Source of the DNA: a virus
Taxonomy: Duplodnaviria; Heunggongvirae; Uroviricota; Caudoviricetes
Strand: one strand, 5' to 3'
IMG/VR virus record: IMGVR_UViG_2711768034_000003
Length of the DNA: 37,294 nt
Notes under the pieces: generated by a model
What the model saw: only the letters and a program-made list of their open reading frames with translations
Databases searched by the model: none
What the model was told of the DNA's origin: nothing
Shown: in pieces, positions 33,590-37,294 of the stretch
How the letters are laid out: every line of letters begins with the position of its first letter
Position numbering within the stretch: position 1 is the first letter of the stretch
Position numbers and translations under genes: made by a program

Positions 33590-33763
33590 ATGAAAGATAA
33601 ACTTTTGGTCATTTTTATTCTAATAATTTCATTAATTCTATGCTCTTGCGATAAAAAAGATGAATATTGTTTATCGACGCCAGAGAATAAATTGAACGAA
33701 CATAACTACGATAAATGTGCCCTGCGTGGCAATAACAATCCTAGCCCTAAGCGAGAATGGTAA
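33590..33763 (+). CDS. small lipoprotein, TrbK-like entry-exclusion candidate (not in the supplied ORF track)
   Basis: ATG at 33590 with GAGGGAG SD; 57 aa MKDKLLVIFILIISLILCSCDKKDEY... with lipobox-like LILC; sits between trbJ and trbL as trbK does in IncP Tra2. Confidence 0.5.
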   Translation: MKDKLLVIFILIISLILCSCDKKDEYCLSTPENKLNEHNYDKCALRGNNNPSPKREW

Positions 33764-35160
33764 TTATGAGAATAGTAAGCAAACTCACTTTTTTAGGAAT
33801 GTTTTTTTTGTTTTCTGTAAATGCTTATGCTGGTCAATTAGATAGTAGCGGATTACTTGATACGTTATTAGATAAGTTTCAGCAAGTAGCCAGCACATGG
33901 TCATTAGTAATTGGTGATTATGCAAATTGGCTCTTCTGGGGGCTGGTATTAATAAGTATGGTTTGGACATTTGGTATGTTGGCGATGCAAGGGGAAGGTT
34001 TAATCAGTGCACTTGCAGAAATAGTTCGTTTTTTTGCCGTGATTGGTTTTTTTTATTATCTTTTAATCAACGGCCCAGCCATATCACAATCTATAATTAA
34101 CTCAATGAGACAACTTGCAGCAAATGCTTTAGGAACAAGTACTGGTATTTCACCCTCCAGCATAGTTGATATGGCTTTTGTGATATTAACAAAGGTCAGT
34201 TCAGCAGCATCAATTTGGTCTCCAATGATTTCGACCATTATGATAACCGTCGCGATAATAGTATTAGTAGTAATGGCGCTTATCGCGATAAATATGCTAA
34301 TAATGTTAGTTTCTGCATGGGTGTTGTGTTATGCAGGAGTTATTTTGCTTGGGTTTGGTGGCTCGAAATGGACTTCTGATATAGCAATAAATTACTTACG
34401 CACAGTATTATCGATTGGTATTCAGTTATTTACGATGACATTAATCATTGGGATTGGGCAATCATTTATAGATCAGTATTTTTCTATTATTAAAAATGAT
34501 ATTCCTGATCTTAATAGTCTTATTGTTTTACTTCTGGCGTCAATTATTCTTTTAGTATTGACGAATAAATTACCGTTGTTGTTATCAGGCGTTGTTGGAG
34601 GAGCGTCCTTACAAGGGATCGGTGGTTTTGGAGCAGGTATGATTACTGGCGCTGCTACTACTGCAATCAGTGGCGCTGGGACAATGGCAATGAGTGCTAC
34701 AGCTCAAGTCAGTGGTGGTGCTTCCGCTCTAAAAGCAGCATTTGAATCTGCACAAGCGGCGATGGCCGAAGAATCTGGTTCTGGTGATAAAGGTGGTTCA
34801 GGTGGAGGATTTGGCGGAGGGGAAGATACCGGTTCCGTAGATACTTCTGGAGGACAACCATCAGGCGGTTCCGGTGGTTCTTCTGCAGGGAGTAATACAG
34901 GTAGCGTTAGCGGAGGAAGCCAGGGGTTTGCTTCATCATTCTCACGAGCTGGCCGCATGGCTTCTCACATGGCGAGCGGGCTGTCTAACGGAGCTTCGGA
35001 GTATCAGATGATGAAGGGAAGTGCTAATTCTATCCGAACACAACAGACTGTTGATGGGGAAATAGCGAATCAAATACGTAAACACACAGCCGATCGTCAG
35101 AGTAACCACGAACAGGATGAGTTTGAGGGTGATAGTTTTACTGGCAGTAAAAAATCTTGA
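33757..35160 (+). CDS. trbL: P-type conjugative transfer protein TrbL (VirB6-like) with Gly/Ser-rich C-terminal tail
   Basis: Multi-pass hydrophobic protein with signal-like N-terminus (MRIVSKLTFLGMFFLFSVNAYAG from the alternative ATG at 33766) and C-terminal GSGGGFGGGEDTGS...SGGSGGSS low-complexity tail typical of TrbL/VirB6. Confidence 0.75.
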   Translation: MVIMRIVSKLTFLGMFFLFSVNAYAGQLDSSGLLDTLLDKFQQVASTWSLVIGDYANWLFWGLVLISMVWTFGMLAMQGEGLISALAEIVRFFAVIGFFYYLLINGPAISQSIINSMRQLAANALGTSTGISPSSIVDMAFVILTKVSSAASIWSPMISTIMITVAIIVLVVMALIAINMLIMLVSAWVLCYAGVILLGFGGSKWTSDIAINYLRTVLSIGIQLFTMTLIIGIGQSFIDQYFSIIKNDIPDLNSLIVLLLASIILLVLTNKLPLLLSGVVGGASLQGIGGFGAGMITGAATTAISGAGTMAMSATAQVSGGASALKAAFESAQAAMAEESGSGDKGGSGGGFGGGEDTGSVDTSGGQPSGGSGGSSAGSNTGSVSGGSQGFASSFSRAGRMASHMASGLSNGASEYQMMKGSANSIRTQQTVDGEIANQIRKHTADRQSNHEQDEFEGDSFTGSKKS

Positions 35161-35167
35161 TTTAGGC

Positions 35168-35199
35168 GCGTCAGTTAGCGCGGTAACGTTAACTGACGC
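35168..35199. repeat. 10-bp perfect inverted repeat GCGTCAGTTA ... TAACTGACGC (12-nt spacer)
   Basis: Read directly; lies between the trbL stop and the next gene's RBS; no T-tract follows. Confidence 0.5.
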
Positions 35200-35229
35200 T
35201 TCCACTAAACACCTGTAAGGAGGTGGATA

Positions 35230-35442
35230 ATGGTTGATTATAATAGCTTAGTTTTGGAAGGGCTAAAAATCCTTTTTTCCGACAAAAATAATGAATTTGT
35301 AAAAAAACTCTATGATCCCTTGATAAATATTCTGTGCATTGAAGACTATTATTTTGCTACCGGGATTTATGATTCAGAAGATGCGTCCAAACAAATTGAA
35401 AAGCTAAAGAAAGCAATAAATGATTATAGGTTTAATTATTAG
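35230..35442 (+). CDS. hypothetical small protein (70 aa)
   Basis: Strong SD TAAGGAGGTG 6 nt upstream of the ATG; no recognisable family. Confidence 0.5.
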   Translation: MVDYNSLVLEGLKILFSDKNNEFVKKLYDPLINILCIEDYYFATGIYDSEDASKQIEKLKKAINDYRFNY

Positions 35443-35446
35443 TAAT

Positions 35447-35486
35447 TAGAAAGAGGCTAACAAAGGTTAGCCTTTCTTTTATTTTG
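35447..35486. terminator. bidirectional rho-independent terminator between convergent genes
   Basis: AGGCTAACaaagGTTAGCCT, an 8-bp perfect stem flanked by an A-run on one side and TTTCTTTTATTTT on the other. Confidence 0.65.
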
Positions 35487-35667
35487 ATTTTCCAGTGTAA
35501 TAGTTAAATACCTCAAGTCTAGCTTCTTCATAAGTCAATTCTCCATTAATGACCTTGCTCTTTATTAGTTCATAGTATGGTAACCCTCGCGGATCTTTGT
35601 TTGATAAATATAAACTCGCCTCCGCTTTCTTGAAAGCTTTAGTACGCTTATCATATATTGGATTCAT
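35479..35667 (-). CDS. hypothetical small protein (62 aa), co-transcribed downstream of the 439-aa gene
   Basis: Starts 4 nt after the stop of the upstream reverse-strand gene; basic, helical; no recognisable family (a VbhA/FicA-type inhibitory motif was looked for and not found). Confidence 0.45.
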   Translation of the reverse strand: MNPIYDKRTKAFKKAEASLYLSNKDPRGLPYYELIKSKVINGELTYEEARLEVFNYYTGKSK

Positions 35668-35671
35668 TTAT

Positions 35672-36991
35672 TCAAAACTCATTATCGTGTTTTTTTTCAT
35701 TAACTGTACTACTGATTTCTTGAGGTTCGTAATCATCTTCTTCATGATAGTCTTTCACAGAACTCCCAATCTCTTCAATTTCTGCTTCTCCTATAGCAAA
35801 CTTGCCTAGTATGATTTTACTTTTATTTGTAAAGGAGACATCAATTTCTTCACCGCAATAAGGCTTGTCTTCATGAGTGGTTCCTGAAAGGATGCACTCG
35901 AACTTGACTTTAAACGATTCATCAGTGAGTTCGCTGTCTATAATTTGCAGGTTTTCTACATAGTCAAAGTAAGCGTTAGTTTCTGCTATGCTACCACTTA
36001 CTTCATCACAATGAATCAAGTCGTACATACCATTTTCCTCAAGATTGTCACGTATTTTTTCACTGACCTCATCTTTTGTAAGGATTTTTATATTGAGATC
36101 CTCTTCGAATATATTCTGTAAATGTTCAAATAAAGTGTAGCTGTCAATATCTTCATCAATATTTTCGTCTTCGATTATTGATTTAATATCCGCTATTAAA
36201 CTTTCTGAGTAAATTATATAATCAATCGCCTCTAAAGAATCTGTGTTGAAATTTTCATCTTCGAGTAATTTTGTAAAAGATGTGTATCCAAAAACACTAG
36301 CGATTACTGCGCCTAAACCCGAAAGCGAGATTTTAATTGAATCAGCAGTAAGTATTAAGTCAAGTTTATTAATTAAATAGAAGGCTGAGGAAAGTTGTGA
36401 TATTTTCTTTTTTTCCTCGATTTGATATTTCAGTTTGTCATAGCTCATTTTTTCTCTCTCTCTGCTCATAGCCTCTCGTGAGAGTTTGATTTCTGTTGCT
36501 TGTTTTTCTTTGATAGAAGTCTCCAGTTCAATTTTCATTTTCTCAGATTTTTCGTACATCGCTTTAATAATTACTGAGGATGCTTTAGAGCGTTCCTTTA
36601 TATCTTCAGTTAGTGTTTTTTGTTGTTCGATTCTTTCATTGCTAAATGCTATTTCTTCGATGATTTCTTGAGCTGCAATTTCACTCTCATGCTCAGCCTT
36701 ATATTTTGAGTTAATAAGCCTTGCTCTTTCTTTCTCTTTTTTTACTTTTTGATTAATGCTAGAACAATATCTTATGTGTTCTATCTCACCTTGAATTAAC
36801 CCAGTAAGATAATTTACTAAGGGTAATAAAAATAAATATGCTAGCATCAGAAATGCTATCAATAAATATTCTGAAGTGGTAATCCCAGTTAAGAATGATT
36901 TAAATTGAGTGACTCTGGAGTCGATTGTTCCAGTTCCCCAAAATAGCAATGTGAATTTATCCCAGTATAAAATTACAAATATAGCACTCAA
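35672..36991 (-). CDS. hypothetical membrane-anchored coiled-coil protein with acidic C-terminal domain; 5' end abuts an IS1 terminus (possibly truncated)
   Basis: 439-aa ORF; hydrophobic N-terminal segments, long K/E-rich coiled coil, D/E-rich C-terminus. The only in-frame start before the IS1 inverted repeat is a TTG at 36989-36991; the next ATG is codon 49 (36845-36847) without an SD. Confidence 0.5.
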   Translation of the reverse strand: MSAIFVILYWDKFTLLFWGTGTIDSRVTQFKSFLTGITTSEYLLIAFLMLAYLFLLPLVNYLTGLIQGEIEHIRYCSSINQKVKKEKERARLINSKYKAEHESEIAAQEIIEEIAFSNERIEQQKTLTEDIKERSKASSVIIKAMYEKSEKMKIELETSIKEKQATEIKLSREAMSREREKMSYDKLKYQIEEKKKISQLSSAFYLINKLDLILTADSIKISLSGLGAVIASVFGYTSFTKLLEDENFNTDSLEAIDYIIYSESLIADIKSIIEDENIDEDIDSYTLFEHLQNIFEEDLNIKILTKDEVSEKIRDNLEENGMYDLIHCDEVSGSIAETNAYFDYVENLQIIDSELTDESFKVKFECILSGTTHEDKPYCGEEIDVSFTNKSKIILGKFAIGEAEIEEIGSSVKDYHEEDDYEPQEISSTVNEKKHDNEF

Positions 36992-36997
36992 TGTGCC

Positions 36998-37294
36998 GGT
37001 AATGACTCCAACTTATTGATAGTGTTTTATGTTCAGATAATGCCCGATGACTTTGTCATGCAGCTCCACCGATTTTGAGAACGACAGCGACTTCCGTCCC
37101 AGCCGTGCCAGGTGCTGCCTCAGATTCAGGTTATGCCGCTCAATTCGCTGCGTATATCGCTTGCTGATTACGTGCAGCTTTCCCTTCAGGCGGGATTCAT
37201 ACAGCGGCCAGCCATCCGTCATCCATATCACCACGTCAAAGGGTGACAGCAGGCTCATAAGACGCCCCAGCGTCGCCATAGTGCGCTCACCGAA
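36998..37294 (-). mobile_element. IS1 (partial; continues beyond the right window edge), with terminal inverted repeat at 36998-37020
   Basis: GGTAATGACTCCAACTTATTGAT is the IS1 terminal inverted repeat; downstream sequence encodes the InsB C-terminus. Confidence 0.9.
37013..37294 (-). CDS. insB: IS1 transposase InsB, C-terminal part (5' end beyond window)
   Basis: ...[93 protein letters not shown] is the InsB C-terminus. Confidence 0.9.
   Translation of the reverse strand, partial: FGERTMATLGRLMSLLSPFDVVIWMTDGWPLYESRLKGKLHVISKRYTQRIERHNLNLRQHLARLGRKSLSFSKSVELHDKVIGHYLNIKHYQ

Noticed and set aside
35479-35667. 62-aa protein as a VbhA/FicA-type Fic antitoxin
   Set aside because: Similar size, but the diagnostic inhibitory motif ([S/T]xxxE[G/N]) is not present in register and no Fic-domain gene is adjacent; left as hypothetical.

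Overview
The window is a composite of three parts. (1) About 1-24.0 kb is the late (packaging, head, tail) region of a lambda-like cos prophage, collinear gene-for-gene with phage lambda: ylcI-like, cos, nu1, A, W, B, C/nu3, D, E, FI, FII, Z, U, V, G/G-T, H, M, L, K, I, J, lom, stf. Protein sequences are near-identical to lambda as I recall them, except that J appears longer, Lom shorter, and the side tail fibre (Stf) keeps a lambda-like N-terminus but carries a different distal module ending in an intramolecular-chaperone-like domain. A 3' remnant of the displaced tfa gene lies just downstream. (2) About 24.0-27.1 kb is a junction zone: a reverse-strand GIY-YIG-like gene, a 3' fragment of a tRNA-Ser gene (att-like), an AraC-family regulator in AT-rich DNA, a truncated IS2-group (IS3-family) element, and a 3' fragment of a tRNA-Thr gene (att-like). 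(3) About 27.1-37.3 kb is an AT-rich accessory island. It holds a candidate defence module (DUF262/ParB-like protein and HEPN-like protein, convergent with a C5-cytosine methyltransferase), an orphan HigA-like HTH gene, a repeat-rich regulatory or origin-like region, a small HTH/AT-hook protein, a candidate oriT with a MobC-like gene, a conjugative T4SS remnant (TrbJ, TrbK-like, TrbL), and an uncharacterised reverse-strand operon that abuts an IS1 copy running off the right edge. All calls are from reading the sequence and recalled family signatures; no database search was run, and lambda coordinates and lengths used for comparison are from memory.
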